Made by a program: the position numbers and the translations under genes
The notes under the pieces: generated by a model
The model's database searches: none
Told to the model about the DNA's origin: nothing
What the model saw: only the letters and a program-made list of their open reading frames with translations
Part shown: positions 10,307 through 21,095 of the stretch, piece by piece
How the letters are laid out: each line of letters opens with the position of its first letter
Numbering within the stretch: position 1 is the stretch's first letter
Source of the DNA: an uncultured bacterium
Lineage (GTDB): Bacteria > Auribacterota > Erginobacteria > Erginobacterales > Erginobacteraceae
Direction: 5' to 3'
Length of the DNA stretch: 64,000 bases
Assembly: GCA_963822585.1 (NCBI GenBank)
Contig: CAWGIE010000031.1
Location: 64,001-128,000 of the forward strand

Positions 10307-11725
10307 TCAGAAACGTGGTCGGGGAAGTTTCAGGACTCCCCATCCCGTTTCCAGAATCCAGCGCAGTTCTCCCCAAGAACGGGCTGAACGTAGAATCCTC
10401 CAGATGATGAGAGGGCGGCCGTAAAAACGCCGGTAGGCCCGCCGATAAGCGGAAGTCACCTCGGTAGGATTCATTCCCGGCAGGTTGAAGCGGGCCTGGC
10501 TTCCGTAAAAACCCAAGGTGATTAAATCATCCAGATTAAAGAAAAGTTCTCCTTCTCTAATAATCTCTTCATATGCTTCAGTCCCGGGCAACGGAATCAT
10601 ACACGCGAAGTTGGCAATATCCGGGTCCATTCTCAGGGCGAATTCAATCGTGTCATCCATGGTCTCTCGATTATCGCGGGGAAGCCCCAGGATAAAATTA
10701 CCATATACCAAAATACCTCTTTTCCGGGCCCAGTTACTTACTTTCAAAACCGCTTCCAGGTCCAGATTTTTCCTGATTTGTTTCTGCATCGCCTGATTCC
10801 CGCTTTCGACTCCGATGGAAATCTTAAAAACTCCTGCTTCCTTCATGATCTGGATAAGTTCTTCGTCACAATAATCCGCCCGGATTCCATTCTGAATATT
10901 GATAGCCAGTTTAAAAGAGCGCAACCGGGTAAAAAGTTCTTTTGACCAGTCGAGTTTAACCCCCAGAGCGTCGTCCAGGAAATCGATCTGCCTGACGCCG
11001 AATTGTGCCACCAGAGTCTCGACTTCTTTCATCACTCGATCGACCGAATGAAGGCGGTAGCGGGTCCCGAATATGCTCTTATTGCAGAAAACGCATTGAA
11101 AAGGACAACCCCGGCTGGTAAAGATGGCGCCAACCGGACGGCGCCGGGACCGGCTCTTATATAGTTTCAAAGGGGGGAGAAGGTCCCAGGCGGGCAGCGG
11201 AAGCGAATCGATATCATCGATCAAGGGGCGCGGGTTTTCTATCTTGATTCCCCCGTTTTCCATCCTCCATTGACAGCCTCTGATCCCCCGAAAGGGAGTG
11301 GTCTCCCGATTTCCCCCTTTTTGGAGAATTTCCAGGAGCGTCTCTTCTCCCTCTCCGATCACGACCGCCGAAACGGCCGGATCTTTCAGACAAAATTCCG
11401 GCTTGGCGGAAGGGAAAGGACCTCCGAACAGGATATGGCCGCGGTAGCCTTTCCCCCGGATTAAGCGGGCAAGGGAGATGCCGGAGCGGTGGGTGATAAT
11501 ATTGGTGGAAAAACCGACAAAACGCGGATTATGGGAGATAATAAATTTCGCCACGGCTTCCTCCGACATCCGAAGGATATTGCTATCCAGCAAACCGACT
11601 GAAAAACCCTGAGAGCGGACATAGGCAGCCAAATAAGCCAGCCCCAGAGGAGGCTCAACCGTAGCCTCATTGATTCCGGAAGCCCGGACTGGAAATGGAT
11701 TAACCAACAAAATATCCACAGACAA
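10307..11725 (-). CDS. B12-binding domain radical SAM protein
   Basis: PPLGLAYLAA, GGP, IGEGE, SRGCPFQCVFC, IGVESG, PLPGT. Confidence 0.92.
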   Translation of the reverse strand: MSVDILLVNPFPVRASGINEATVEPPLGLAYLAAYVRSQGFSVGLLDSNILRMSEEAVAKFIISHNPRFVGFSTNIITHRSGISLARLIRGKGYRGHILFGGPFPSAKPEFCLKDPAVSAVVIGEGEETLLEILQKGGNRETTPFRGIRGCQWRMENGGIKIENPRPLIDDIDSLPLPAWDLLPPLKLYKSRSRRRPVGAIFTSRGCPFQCVFCNKSIFGTRYRLHSVDRVMKEVETLVAQFGVRQIDFLDDALGVKLDWSKELFTRLRSFKLAINIQNGIRADYCDEELIQIMKEAGVFKISIGVESGNQAMQKQIRKNLDLEAVLKVSNWARKRGILVYGNFILGLPRDNRETMDDTIEFALRMDPDIANFACMIPLPGTEAYEEIIREGELFFNLDDLITLGFYGSQARFNLPGMNPTEVTSAYRRAYRRFYGRPLIIWRILRSARSWGELRWILETGWGVLKLPRPRF

Positions 11726-11918
11726 ACTCCCTGCTCATTCTTCCGGCTTATGTAATACCCGGTGGCTGGGTGAGAGCAAATTGCGGAATCGCCCGCACAT
11801 AATTCTCAGCCAAAAATATAAACCATCCGCGACCACCCGGGATTTCGATTTCCCCCGGGCCGGGCACGTTCATTGCCGGGAACCTAAATAATGTTCGTTC
11901 ATCCCGATATAGTGTGCC

Positions 11919-12051
11919 GTCTCAGAAATAACTTGCGTAAATAAGTCATTGCGAGGAGCAGAGCGACGAAGCAATCTCTCTGGTCCCCAAGGAGTTGAGA
12001 TTACTTCGCTATCACTCGCAATGACAAACAAATATCTTTTATTTCTGAGAC
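11919..12051. mobile_element. MITE-like element: perfect 13-bp terminal IR enclosing an RPE-like hairpin (11945-12025)
   Basis: IR gtctcagaaataa / ttatttctgagac; core gtcattgcgaggagc...gaagcaatctc...gagattacttcg...ctcgcaatgac. Confidence 0.7.
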
Positions 12052-12467
12052 ACCACATTAGCACTATACGGAAAATCAAAAGACGGATCAATTGTACTTT
12101 TTCTTTTCGACAAAACGGCTGATTGGCTTGGGCAAACGGGGAGAAAGCTTCCCCGAAAATTCGTGAGTTTTATCTCGCAGGAGGGTTCTGATTTTGCTAA
12201 CATTTCCTCCGTGTGTTCCTGTGATTCCCGGGCTTTTTCTCACTCATTACACTCTACCATGGCGCAGGCCGCATGGCTACGTGGGGTTTCAACAATCCGG
12301 TTGCCGTATAAGCATTTAGATTATTCAGGCGTAAAAACCGGGAAAGTCCTGGAATATATTTTCGGACAGAATCAAGTCATACCCGACAATTTTATGGAGG
12401 GTGGCGGCGGGAGAGAACCGAGGAACTGATGGCTAATCATTTGCAAACTGTAATCTGAGGATAACCT

Positions 12468-13235
12468 ATGCCGATAAATCCAGATATCACCCCGTATTTC
12501 CGTCTTGATCCCTGGTATTCTCCCGATGAGAACAAGGCGGTCTGGGAAGAGTATCAACGCCGCCTTGAGAAGGTTTCGATCATTATTCCAACTCGTAATG
12601 AAGAGAATAACATTGCCGATATCGTACATTACTGCCGCCTTTATGGAGATGAACTTATCGTGGTTGACGGGCATTCCACTGACGGGACCAGGAAGATAGC
12701 AGAGGGGCTCGGTTGCCGGGTGATCGAGGACCACGGCAAAGGCAAAGGTGATGGCCTGAGAACAGCCGCCCAAGCGGCTATCAGCGATATCCTGGTATTT
12801 ATTGATGCCGATTACTCACATCGGCCGGCCGATATTCCCCGTTTGGTAGCACCGCTATTGCGGGGGGAATCCGACCTGGTGATCGGCTCCCGGATTTCAG
12901 GAGGTTCGGATGAGGCGATGATTACTTTCGATCATCTGATCCGGTTGGGAGGTTCTCAAATGATTGCTTTTGGAATAGCATTAATTTTTGGCAAGCAAAT
13001 CACGGAAGTGGAGAACGGGTTCCGGGCCATCAGAAGAGATATCTTTATTTCTCTGGAGTTGAAGCAGAATGACTTTACGATCGAACAGGAGATGGTTATC
13101 AGGGCTCTTCGGAAACGCTATCGGGTTATGGAAGTTCCCACTCACGAATATGCCCGGAGGGGTGGCAAATCCAAGTTGAAGACGATACAGGGCTGGAAAT
13201 TTATCCTCAATTTTTTCCAGGCCCTGTGGTTTTAG
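12468..13235 (+). CDS. GT2 glycosyltransferase, polyprenol-phosphate sugar synthase (DPM1-like)
   Basis: IIIPTRNEE, VVDGHSTDGT, GKG, FIDADYSH, VIGSR, GFRA, IEQEM, R..GKSK. Confidence 0.9.
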   Translation: MPINPDITPYFRLDPWYSPDENKAVWEEYQRRLEKVSIIIPTRNEENNIADIVHYCRLYGDELIVVDGHSTDGTRKIAEGLGCRVIEDHGKGKGDGLRTAAQAAISDILVFIDADYSHRPADIPRLVAPLLRGESDLVIGSRISGGSDEAMITFDHLIRLGGSQMIAFGIALIFGKQITEVENGFRAIRRDIFISLELKQNDFTIEQEMVIRALRKRYRVMEVPTHEYARRGGKSKLKTIQGWKFILNFFQALWF

Positions 13236-13260
13236 CCATCGGCCGCCGGTATTGTCTGCA

Positions 13261-14346
13261 ATGATCTCATCGTACAGGAATTTGGCCTGGAATATCCTGC
13301 TGGCGAATTGTAATCGCTTGAAGCGACCTTTCAAATTGCTGCTGGCGCTCACGTATCGATGCAACCTCCGATGCCGGTATTGTCAGATCTGGAAGAGACC
13401 GCCGGGAGCGGAGATGGAGATAAAGGAAATAGAAACTTTCTTTGCCCGGCAGCCGTATTTCTCCTGGATTGACCTGGGAGGGGGGGAAGTGACCCTCCGG
13501 CCCGATCTTCCCGAAATTATCAAAATTATAGTCTCCCGGTCCCCGCATCTTGTCTTGCTCCACTTTCCCACCAACGGTTACCTTCCGGAATCGCTCTTTA
13601 CCGTTGCCCGCCTGGTAAAGAGATTAAAGGTGCCGCGTTTCATTATGACAGTAAGCATCGATGGTCCCGCTCCGGTCCACGACCGGCTGCGGGGTATGAA
13701 AGGAAGTTTCTCTAAAGCTCTTGAATCCTTCGAAGGATTGCGCCGCGTTGAAATGACCGAGGCGTATTTGGGGATGACTCTCGGAACGGAAAACTCCGGG
13801 TTAATCGAAGAGACGTTTCAATCCGTAAAAAAAGTGCTGGGCTGGGTGCGGAAATCTGATTTTCATTTCAATCTCGCCCACAATGCTTTTTACTACAACA
13901 ACCTGGAAACCCGGGTATCTCCTCCAATAGACCTTTCCCGGCTGCTCCGCCGGGTCAGCCGTTGGCCCGCACCCCGGTGGAGCCCTCAAACAATACTGGA
14001 GCGTTGCTATCTCCGACTGGCCGAACAGTATTTATTATCCGGAAAGAGTCCCCTATCCTGTTTCGCCTTACGCGCTTCGTGCTTTATCGATCCTTCCTGG
14101 CAGGTCTTTCCCTGCGTCGGTTATGAACGACCACTGGGCAACCTGAGAAGCAATGAATTCAACCTGTCCCGGCTCTGGAATGGCCCGATTGCGCGAAAAA
14201 TCCGGGAGGAGATCGAAAGCGGTAATTGCCCCCAATGCTGGACACCTTGCGAGGCTTACCAATCGATACTGGGGAATGCATGGTCGTTTATTAACAGAAG
14301 AAATTTCCGGAGACAGCCGGAGGACTCTGGAATGATCTTCAAATAG
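13261..14346 (+). CDS. Radical SAM protein with SPASM/twitch domain
   Basis: CNLRCRYC, GGGE, VSIDG, C-terminal C...CFIDP...PC...CPQCWTPC. Start placed at ATG 13261 (ORF track TTG 13252). Confidence 0.9.
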   Translation: MISSYRNLAWNILLANCNRLKRPFKLLLALTYRCNLRCRYCQIWKRPPGAEMEIKEIETFFARQPYFSWIDLGGGEVTLRPDLPEIIKIIVSRSPHLVLLHFPTNGYLPESLFTVARLVKRLKVPRFIMTVSIDGPAPVHDRLRGMKGSFSKALESFEGLRRVEMTEAYLGMTLGTENSGLIEETFQSVKKVLGWVRKSDFHFNLAHNAFYYNNLETRVSPPIDLSRLLRRVSRWPAPRWSPQTILERCYLRLAEQYLLSGKSPLSCFALRASCFIDPSWQVFPCVGYERPLGNLRSNEFNLSRLWNGPIARKIREEIESGNCPQCWTPCEAYQSILGNAWSFINRRNFRRQPEDSGMIFK

Positions 14347-14371
14347 CAACATAACCGGGAAGCGAACCGCT

Positions 14372-15796
14372 TCAGGAGAGATACCTGAGGTAATTCTTCC
14401 GGGCCCGCCAGAACATCCTCATCACCTCAAGCCAGGAGATCGGTTTCTCCGACTTGTAGCGCCACATCGAGGAAATCACGAAAAACCCGAAGAACAATCT
14501 CGGGCTCCGGATCCGGACCAGCCGGCGGAAGAGCGGGATCAGGAACGGCAGCTTCATCGCCAGGTGAGAGATCTTCTGGACCCGCTCCACCTCCTCGATC
14601 CCCGGGTAGTTGAAAACGCTGTTGAGGTGAACCCCCCTAAACTTCTCGCTCTCGAGGTATCCGGGCTCGAGAATCCCGGCCTCCAGGGCCATCTTCTCGA
14701 TCCCGGTCCGGGGAAAGGGCAGCAGGATGTTGGAGCACATAAAGTCGGTTTGCAGCCGGATATTGAACCGGATGTTCTCGAAGGCCTCCTCCACCGTCTC
14801 GAAGGGGAGACCGAAGATATTGGTGGTCTGGAGCTTCATCCCGTGCTTCTTCACCAGCCGGGCGCACTCGATCATCTGCTCGTCGGTCACCCGCTTATTC
14901 AGGATCTTGAACCGCTTCTCCTCATTGGCCGTCTCCACCCCGAAGGTTACCGTGTGGCAGCCGGTCTCCTTGAGCAGGGCGGCCACCTCCTCGGTCATCG
15001 CCGGAGCCGTCACCGCGCAGAAGAAGGGCAGGCCGACCTCTTCCCGGTAGAGGCGGGAGAACTCCTTGAGCCATTCGAGGTCGAAGACGAAGAGATCATC
15101 GAGAAAACAGATCGACTCCATCCCGTATCGCTCCTTCACCGTCCGAATCTCCCGGATCACCTTGGACGGCGATTTCCTCCGGACGTATTTCGTCCGCCCT
15201 TGGTAGAGGTCACGGTAAACCTGATGACAGCAGAAGGAACAGGAGTAGGGACAGCCGCGGGAGGCGATGAACTGCTTTAACTTCTCCTCGCGGAGCGCCG
15301 GATACTTCCGGTAATATATCTCCCGGTCCTCGTCCGGGAGGCCGTCGAGGTCGGGGACCAGGCTGGGCTGATCGGATTTGAGAATTTTCCCGTCCCGCTT
15401 CACCCAGAAGCCATCCACCACTTCCGGCCGTCCCGTCTTCTCCAGACCCTTGAGGAAAGCGGGAAAGGAGTACTCCCCCTCCCCCACGCAGACCGCGTCC
15501 ACGGCAGAGTGCTCGATCATCTCCGGCACCGCGGTGGCGTGGATGTACCCGGCGACCACGGTCAGGGTGGGGAGCCGCCGCTTGATCTCCCCGGCGGTCT
15601 CCATCATCCAGCGGTACTCGTGGCTCATCACCGGCAGGGCCAGCACCTCCGGCCGGAATTTGACCACCGCCCCCACCGGATCTTCTTCGAGGTCGCCGAC
15701 AAAGACCTCCCGCTCGTACTCTCCCGGGAGGCAGGCGCTGATCGACATCACCCCGAAATACGGGAAGGGATATTTCTGCAGAAAAGCGATCCTCAT
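14372..15796 (-). CDS. B12-binding domain radical SAM protein
   Basis: YIHAT, VGEGE, SRGCPYSCSFC, FLDDLF, FGVETAN. Confidence 0.92.
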   Translation of the reverse strand: MRIAFLQKYPFPYFGVMSISACLPGEYEREVFVGDLEEDPVGAVVKFRPEVLALPVMSHEYRWMMETAGEIKRRLPTLTVVAGYIHATAVPEMIEHSAVDAVCVGEGEYSFPAFLKGLEKTGRPEVVDGFWVKRDGKILKSDQPSLVPDLDGLPDEDREIYYRKYPALREEKLKQFIASRGCPYSCSFCCHQVYRDLYQGRTKYVRRKSPSKVIREIRTVKERYGMESICFLDDLFVFDLEWLKEFSRLYREEVGLPFFCAVTAPAMTEEVAALLKETGCHTVTFGVETANEEKRFKILNKRVTDEQMIECARLVKKHGMKLQTTNIFGLPFETVEEAFENIRFNIRLQTDFMCSNILLPFPRTGIEKMALEAGILEPGYLESEKFRGVHLNSVFNYPGIEEVERVQKISHLAMKLPFLIPLFRRLVRIRSPRLFFGFFVISSMWRYKSEKPISWLEVMRMFWRARKNYLRYLS

Positions 15797-15858
15797 AAAA
15801 TTAGGCCGGGTATAATTGATGGAAACGGCACAAGTAACTGTTTTTCTCCGCCGATGGT

Positions 15859-18192
15859 TTAAATATTCGATTCCTTTTTCTTTCTCCCCTGACGATAATA
15901 ATAAACGATGGATAGCAACAGAGCCAGCACCGTGCCGTAGGAAACAATAAACGGAAGCACGAACTTCCAGTGACGGGAGTTGAAATAAAAGCGCACCCGG
16001 TGTTTCCCCGCCGGGATTTGAACCGCCTGCAGAACATTATAGGCCCGGAGGAGACGGGCTTCTTTCCCATCAACTTCCACACTCCAGGGAAAGAACCAGA
16101 ATTCGGAGAATATCACGAAAGCCGGTTGGGGGACTGTAACCTCGACGTCAATCTCGTCAGTCTTCCGCCCGCTGACAACGATTTCCCCTCCCGCCACCGG
16201 TGACTCCGCGCCGGGAAAGATAAGGTCTCCGGCATCCGCGGTGTTGAGATAAGCGACCTCCTTAACATCAAGCCTCCCCGCCGCCAGGTTCTCGAGAAAC
16301 GTCGTGTCATCGGTAAGTTGAGCGCGGTATCGGAGAAAGACTTCCTTCTCTGCCCCGGGGTTGATTCTCACGTGCTCGTCCACGATCTCGAAGTGCTCCA
16401 ACCCCTTTCGACTTATATCCTCTTCATCCCAGGTGACGAACAACGCTTCCAGGTCCACGAAATATTTCACATTGAGCAGGTCCCACATCGGGTTCGCCCA
16501 ATCATTAAGTAGAAACCACTGCAATTCGCGGACTCTGACTGGCCATTCCTCGTTGACAAAGTTGGCGAAAATCGGGCGAATATCGTCAGCGAACGCATTC
16601 AAGTAAAGGGCGTGGGAAAAGAGATCCGGATATTCCTTTCCCCCGAAGAAGGCCCGGTAATCCCGGTGCCCGGGATCCTGAAGAATAGCTTCGACCCGCG
16701 GTTGATGACAATAAATTTCCCCGTAAGTGTAATATCTGGTGGGATCGGTAACCCGCGTCTCTTCCAGGGAAAAAAAAGGCGTGGCCCGCTCGAGAATGAA
16801 AAACAGAACGATCAGCCAGAGAAATGCGCGAGGCAGAACCCGCAGGGTGACTCCCAGTATGACCAGGTAACTGCACAAGGCGAACAGGATATAGCGGAAA
16901 GGTATTTGGTGGATACCGGCACCCCAGGCAATCAGCAGACTTAAGGGTAACACGGCCAGGCTGATGGTTATGATTCGCTCCTCCCGCCCTCCGGGTAGGC
17001 GCTGAACCGCCTGGGCCGCGGCAAAACTGTAGCAGAAATAAAGCAGGATGGTCATCCGGGCCGGGTGATGCATCCCCGAAATCCGCATAATCCAGCCCAC
17101 GACAAAACCGAAGGGGGTATGATCTCCCATAATCCAGATCAGGGAAAAAATAAGCGTGGCATATATGACCCGGCCCAGCCGGTGCCGGCGGAGACTGAAG
17201 AGTCCCACTAAGGCCAAGAGAAAAATCGACAGCGAATATTCCGCGGTGCTTTCCCAGGGATAATCGGGACGGTCGGTGAAGGCTGTCGTGATATGAGTGA
17301 GCAAAAGTTTGGCGGGACGCAAGGAAAATTCCAGCAGTGTGCTCATACTTTCCTGGCCCCGGACGGAGTCCCAAAAGGTATATACAGTGGGAAGCCCCTG
17401 AACCGCGAATACCGCCGCTGCCAGAAGATATATCAGCCCCAGGGCCGCGATATTCCTCCAGGAAAACGGCCGGACGAAGAAGGCGGCGATGCCCATAAAC
17501 AGCATAAAAAAGGCGGTGGGTTTGACATCCCCGTTACAGATCAGCGCCAACCCTAGAAGCAGGGCGGTGCCGGCGATATATCCCCGATAGCGATGACGGG
17601 ATTGGCCCGGGCGCCAAAGTTGAAAATAAAGCATCAAAACCAGCGGGAGAAGGAGCAGGGCGGAGATTCTTTCATAACCGTGTCGGATGCCGAAAACGAA
17701 AGTCTGTTGGTTGTAGGCGTAGCCGAGGCCGCCCAGGAGGGCCGGAAGCAAAGAGAAGCCGCAGGAGGTGAGAAAGAGGTACATAGTATAGGCGCAGATA
17801 ATCTGGAGAACGGCGGCCACGATCAGATAAAAGATTAAATACTCTCTGGTGGAGGCCAGACAACCCAGGCGGGCCGCGAGCAGGAAAAGCCGGGTGACTG
17901 GAGAATGCAGCGGCGCCTGGGGAAAGGCGGGGGTATATGAAAGATAATACGGATCCCAGTAATATGTGGCTCCAGCGCCTCCAGCTTTAGCATAGGCCTG
18001 AAGATGGAGCAGGGTATCCTTAACCTCATATCCCAGCATCCCCTTGAAATCTTCGCTGAAATAAGCGTTGAAGTAAAACAGGAGAAAGGCGATAGTGGAG
18101 ACACCGATGACCACCGCGGTTTCCTTGGCTCGATGGCGACCGGAAGGTGGTTTGCCTACATTAGTCTCGATAGCGGCGGCACTTGGCTGCAT
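15859..18192 (-). CDS. YfhO-family multi-pass membrane protein (GT-C-like)
   Basis: YYWDPY, many TMs, IFSEFWFFPWSVEVDG...RAYNVLQAV...GKHRV. Start moved to ATG 18192 to avoid overlap with the upstream gene. Confidence 0.8.
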   Translation of the reverse strand: MQPSAAAIETNVGKPPSGRHRAKETAVVIGVSTIAFLLFYFNAYFSEDFKGMLGYEVKDTLLHLQAYAKAGGAGATYYWDPYYLSYTPAFPQAPLHSPVTRLFLLAARLGCLASTREYLIFYLIVAAVLQIICAYTMYLFLTSCGFSLLPALLGGLGYAYNQQTFVFGIRHGYERISALLLLPLVLMLYFQLWRPGQSRHRYRGYIAGTALLLGLALICNGDVKPTAFFMLFMGIAAFFVRPFSWRNIAALGLIYLLAAAVFAVQGLPTVYTFWDSVRGQESMSTLLEFSLRPAKLLLTHITTAFTDRPDYPWESTAEYSLSIFLLALVGLFSLRRHRLGRVIYATLIFSLIWIMGDHTPFGFVVGWIMRISGMHHPARMTILLYFCYSFAAAQAVQRLPGGREERIITISLAVLPLSLLIAWGAGIHQIPFRYILFALCSYLVILGVTLRVLPRAFLWLIVLFFILERATPFFSLEETRVTDPTRYYTYGEIYCHQPRVEAILQDPGHRDYRAFFGGKEYPDLFSHALYLNAFADDIRPIFANFVNEEWPVRVRELQWFLLNDWANPMWDLLNVKYFVDLEALFVTWDEEDISRKGLEHFEIVDEHVRINPGAEKEVFLRYRAQLTDDTTFLENLAAGRLDVKEVAYLNTADAGDLIFPGAESPVAGGEIVVSGRKTDEIDVEVTVPQPAFVIFSEFWFFPWSVEVDGKEARLLRAYNVLQAVQIPAGKHRVRFYFNSRHWKFVLPFIVSYGTVLALLLSIVYYYRQGRKKKESNI

Positions 18193-18202
18193 ACGGCGAC
18201 CT

Positions 18203-19297
18203 TCAGTTAGATGTCCGATGACCAGGGAGCCATTTTCGATGTCCGGGGAGAGAATGCGCGAACATTGCCTGGAACGCCTCACAGGGAGTCCAACATTGCG
18301 GACAGTCTCCCCCCTTGATGCTTTCCCGAATCATTTTCCGGGCGGAGGAATTCCAGAGTCTGTCAATCCGGTAATCGAAATCCCGAATGTTGCCGGCAGA
18401 GCGCCGATCAAGGGTACAGGGGCAACATTCTCCTTCCGGACTCAAGGTCAGGGAACTGGAGAACGAGCCGCAGAGAAGAGGAGACCGTCTCCGTTCCAAG
18501 AACAGAGGGAACAGTTGACGGTAACGATGCTCAAAAAATCCGCTGGGCGTTAGTCGATAATACCAGGGCATCGCCGAGGAAATTATCCTAACCCCCTCCC
18601 GGGCCTGTTCGGGGGAGAGGGTTTCTCCCGGGAGGTTGCAATAAAAAACGTCGGATTGATGATAGAAATTTACGTGCAGATCGGTATAGGGAATCTTGTA
18701 GTCTCGATGCAGACATCCGAAAGTATCCGCAAGGTCGCGGCAGTTACTCCGGGTAACGGTCAGCCCCAGGCAGACGCTGATCCTCCCCCGATAGGCGGAC
18801 TTGATATCCCGGTAGAGACTGATCGCCCGCTCGAAGAGCCCGTCCACGCCCCGCTGTCGGTCGTGATCCGCGCCGATGCCGTCGATGGAAATGGTCACGA
18901 TGATCTGGGGGACGGGACCGTCCGCTAAAACGCCGCAACCCTGCATCACCCGATCGGGAAGAGTGGCATTGGTGGCGAATTGCAGCAGGAAAAGTTTGTC
19001 AAGATCCCGCCCGATCGAACCCAACAGATTCGGAAAGTCATCCCGGAGGAAAATCTCGCCTCCACCCAGGTGAAGCCAGCGAAGGAAAGGTGCCGCGAAG
19101 CGGAAAATTCTCTCCAGTTCCTCCCGACCGAGCTCAGCCTGAGATTGCTTCTTCCAGACGTTGCAAATCTGGCACCGGCAATTACACCGGAGCGTCAGGT
19201 ATACCAGAAGGCGATATGGCAGACGAGGGGACCGATAGTTGCTGAGCGCCAGTTCTCGGATGAAACCCCACGTACGAGCTTTTAAGAAACGATTCAC
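18203..19297 (-). CDS. Radical SAM protein with SPASM/twitch domain
   Basis: CNCRCQIC, GGGE, ISIDG, CPQCWTPCEA (paralog of 13261..14346). Probable GTG start at 19297 behind GGAGG. Confidence 0.88.
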   Translation of the reverse strand: MNRFLKARTWGFIRELALSNYRSPRLPYRLLVYLTLRCNCRCQICNVWKKQSQAELGREELERIFRFAAPFLRWLHLGGGEIFLRDDFPNLLGSIGRDLDKLFLLQFATNATLPDRVMQGCGVLADGPVPQIIVTISIDGIGADHDRQRGVDGLFERAISLYRDIKSAYRGRISVCLGLTVTRSNCRDLADTFGCLHRDYKIPYTDLHVNFYHQSDVFYCNLPGETLSPEQAREGVRIISSAMPWYYRLTPSGFFEHRYRQLFPLFLERRRSPLLCGSFSSSLTLSPEGECCPCTLDRRSAGNIRDFDYRIDRLWNSSARKMIRESIKGGDCPQCWTPCEAFQAMFAHSLPGHRKWLPGHRTSN

Positions 19298-19612
19298 TCT
19301 CCTCCCTGGTGCACCGCCCCGCGGTTGAGAACCAGTGTCTTCAGCCCTGTGACCGGGACAACTGCGAGGTCCCTTCCGACGGTGGCAAATATTTGTTTGC
19401 TGCGACTGAGGAAGTTGAAGTACACTACCAGTATCCAAATGACGCGGCAGCCGATATGGACACGCTGAGCAATTATCCCGCGGTCGGGGCTAAAAAAGTT
19501 CGGAGCGCCGACGCCAATCTTATATTATTGCCGAATTTATAGCAAAAATCAACCCATATCGCCATTGCATTTGGTCGGAAATTAAAATCCAATACCAATC
19601 CAACGGGCTATT

Positions 19613-21019
19613 ATGAAAATCGCTTTCATTCAGAGAGGGTGGTATGAGAGCATCGGGTTGATGTCTCTGGCCACGTTGGTTAAACAGCAGGGCTATGCAG
19701 TAGAGGCGTTTATCGGGAGCGGAGAAAGAGATATTGCCTCCGCAATTCTCCACTATCGCCCGAATATCGCGTGTTTTACCTGCACCACGGGTGAACATAT
19801 CTGGGCGCTTGCTCTCGCCCGGGAACTGCAACAAAGCGGAGGGATATTTACGCTATTCGGCGGAGCCCATCCCACCTTTTTCCCGGATCTGGTCGAGGAA
19901 GATGGGGTCGACGCTATCTGCCGGGGCGAGGGTGAATATCCGCTTCTGGATCTCACACAGGCACGGGCGGCAGGGGCAAGCCCCAACAGGATTCCGAACC
20001 TGCACTTAAAAACCGCCAGCGGTATCGTCCGCAACGAACCGCGGTCCTTGATCGAAGACCTCGACATCCTACCCTACCCCGCCAGGGAAATCTACAACAA
20101 ATACTCTGCCCTGCAGAGAAATCCGACTAAGCATTTCATCGTCTCCCGGGGCTGCCCCTTCCGCTGCAGTTACTGTTACAACCACCTCTGGAAACGGCTC
20201 TACGCCGGGAAGGGGGATCTTCTCCGATTTAAGAGCGCGGACTACGCGATCGGGGAACTGGAGGACACCCGCCGTCGATATAATTTATCTACTGTCTATT
20301 TCGAGGATGACGTCTTCATTTCCCGGCCAGCCTGGCTCAGGGAATTCCTGGGGAAATATCGGGAGCGGATAGATCTTCCCTTTACCTGCAAAGTGCAGGC
20401 TAATGCGGTCACCGAGGAGACGGCTGAACTGCTGGCCTCGGCTGGCTGTTATTGCGTGTCCCTGGGGATTGAAACCGGCGATGAGGAACTCCGGAAAAAA
20501 GTTCTCAACAAGCAGATCTCCGACGACCAGATCATCCGGGCCTGCCGCCTGCTGATGAGTCGTCGGATCAAGATCCTAACCCTCAATATGATGGGTTTGC
20601 CGGGAGAAACTCTGGAGCAAGCCCTCAAAACCGTCTCCCTGAACTCCGCCATCGGAGCCGACTACCCGTGGTGTTCGATTCTTCAACCTTATCCCAATAC
20701 CGAGATTGAACGATACTCTATCGCGCAGGGGCTCCTGAGAAAGTCCGACCACCGTGATTTCAACCCGGTATTTTTCAAGGGCAGTCCCCTGGAAGGGGCA
20801 GAGACACAGACATTGGTCAGGCTGCAAAAATATTTTTATCTGGCGGTTAAATTCCCCGGATTATTGCCCCTGATCATCAAACTGATCAAACTCCCGTTCC
20901 GATTCATCGACCACCTGGTTTTTCTCGTTACCTTTGCCTTGAACCACAAGAAGTCGAACCAACTCTCCTTTCGTGAAATTGTCCGGTTCGGATGGCTCAA
21001 TCGTAATCTTTACTTCTGA
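19613..21019 (+). CDS. B12-binding domain radical SAM protein
   Basis: GGAHPT, RGEGE, SRGCPFRCSYC, FEDDVF, LGIETG, PYPNT. Confidence 0.92.
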   Translation: MKIAFIQRGWYESIGLMSLATLVKQQGYAVEAFIGSGERDIASAILHYRPNIACFTCTTGEHIWALALARELQQSGGIFTLFGGAHPTFFPDLVEEDGVDAICRGEGEYPLLDLTQARAAGASPNRIPNLHLKTASGIVRNEPRSLIEDLDILPYPAREIYNKYSALQRNPTKHFIVSRGCPFRCSYCYNHLWKRLYAGKGDLLRFKSADYAIGELEDTRRRYNLSTVYFEDDVFISRPAWLREFLGKYRERIDLPFTCKVQANAVTEETAELLASAGCYCVSLGIETGDEELRKKVLNKQISDDQIIRACRLLMSRRIKILTLNMMGLPGETLEQALKTVSLNSAIGADYPWCSILQPYPNTEIERYSIAQGLLRKSDHRDFNPVFFKGSPLEGAETQTLVRLQKYFYLAVKFPGLLPLIIKLIKLPFRFIDHLVFLVTFALNHKKSNQLSFREIVRFGWLNRNLYF

Positions 21020-21095
21020 AAGACGGGGGAAAGACCGCTACCGCCGGAAAACTAGAACGACCGATCCTCACCCCGAACCCGGATTCCAGGATCCG

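Noticed and set aside
12129..12160. c-di-GMP-I riboswitch suggested by ggcaaac...gaaa hairpin
   Set aside because: The downstream GACGCAAA and remaining consensus are absent.
13261..19297. SPASM rSAMs as RiPP maturases
   Set aside because: No credible precursor peptide, PqqD/RRE domain, peptidase or exporter is visible; the neighbours are glycosyltransferases.
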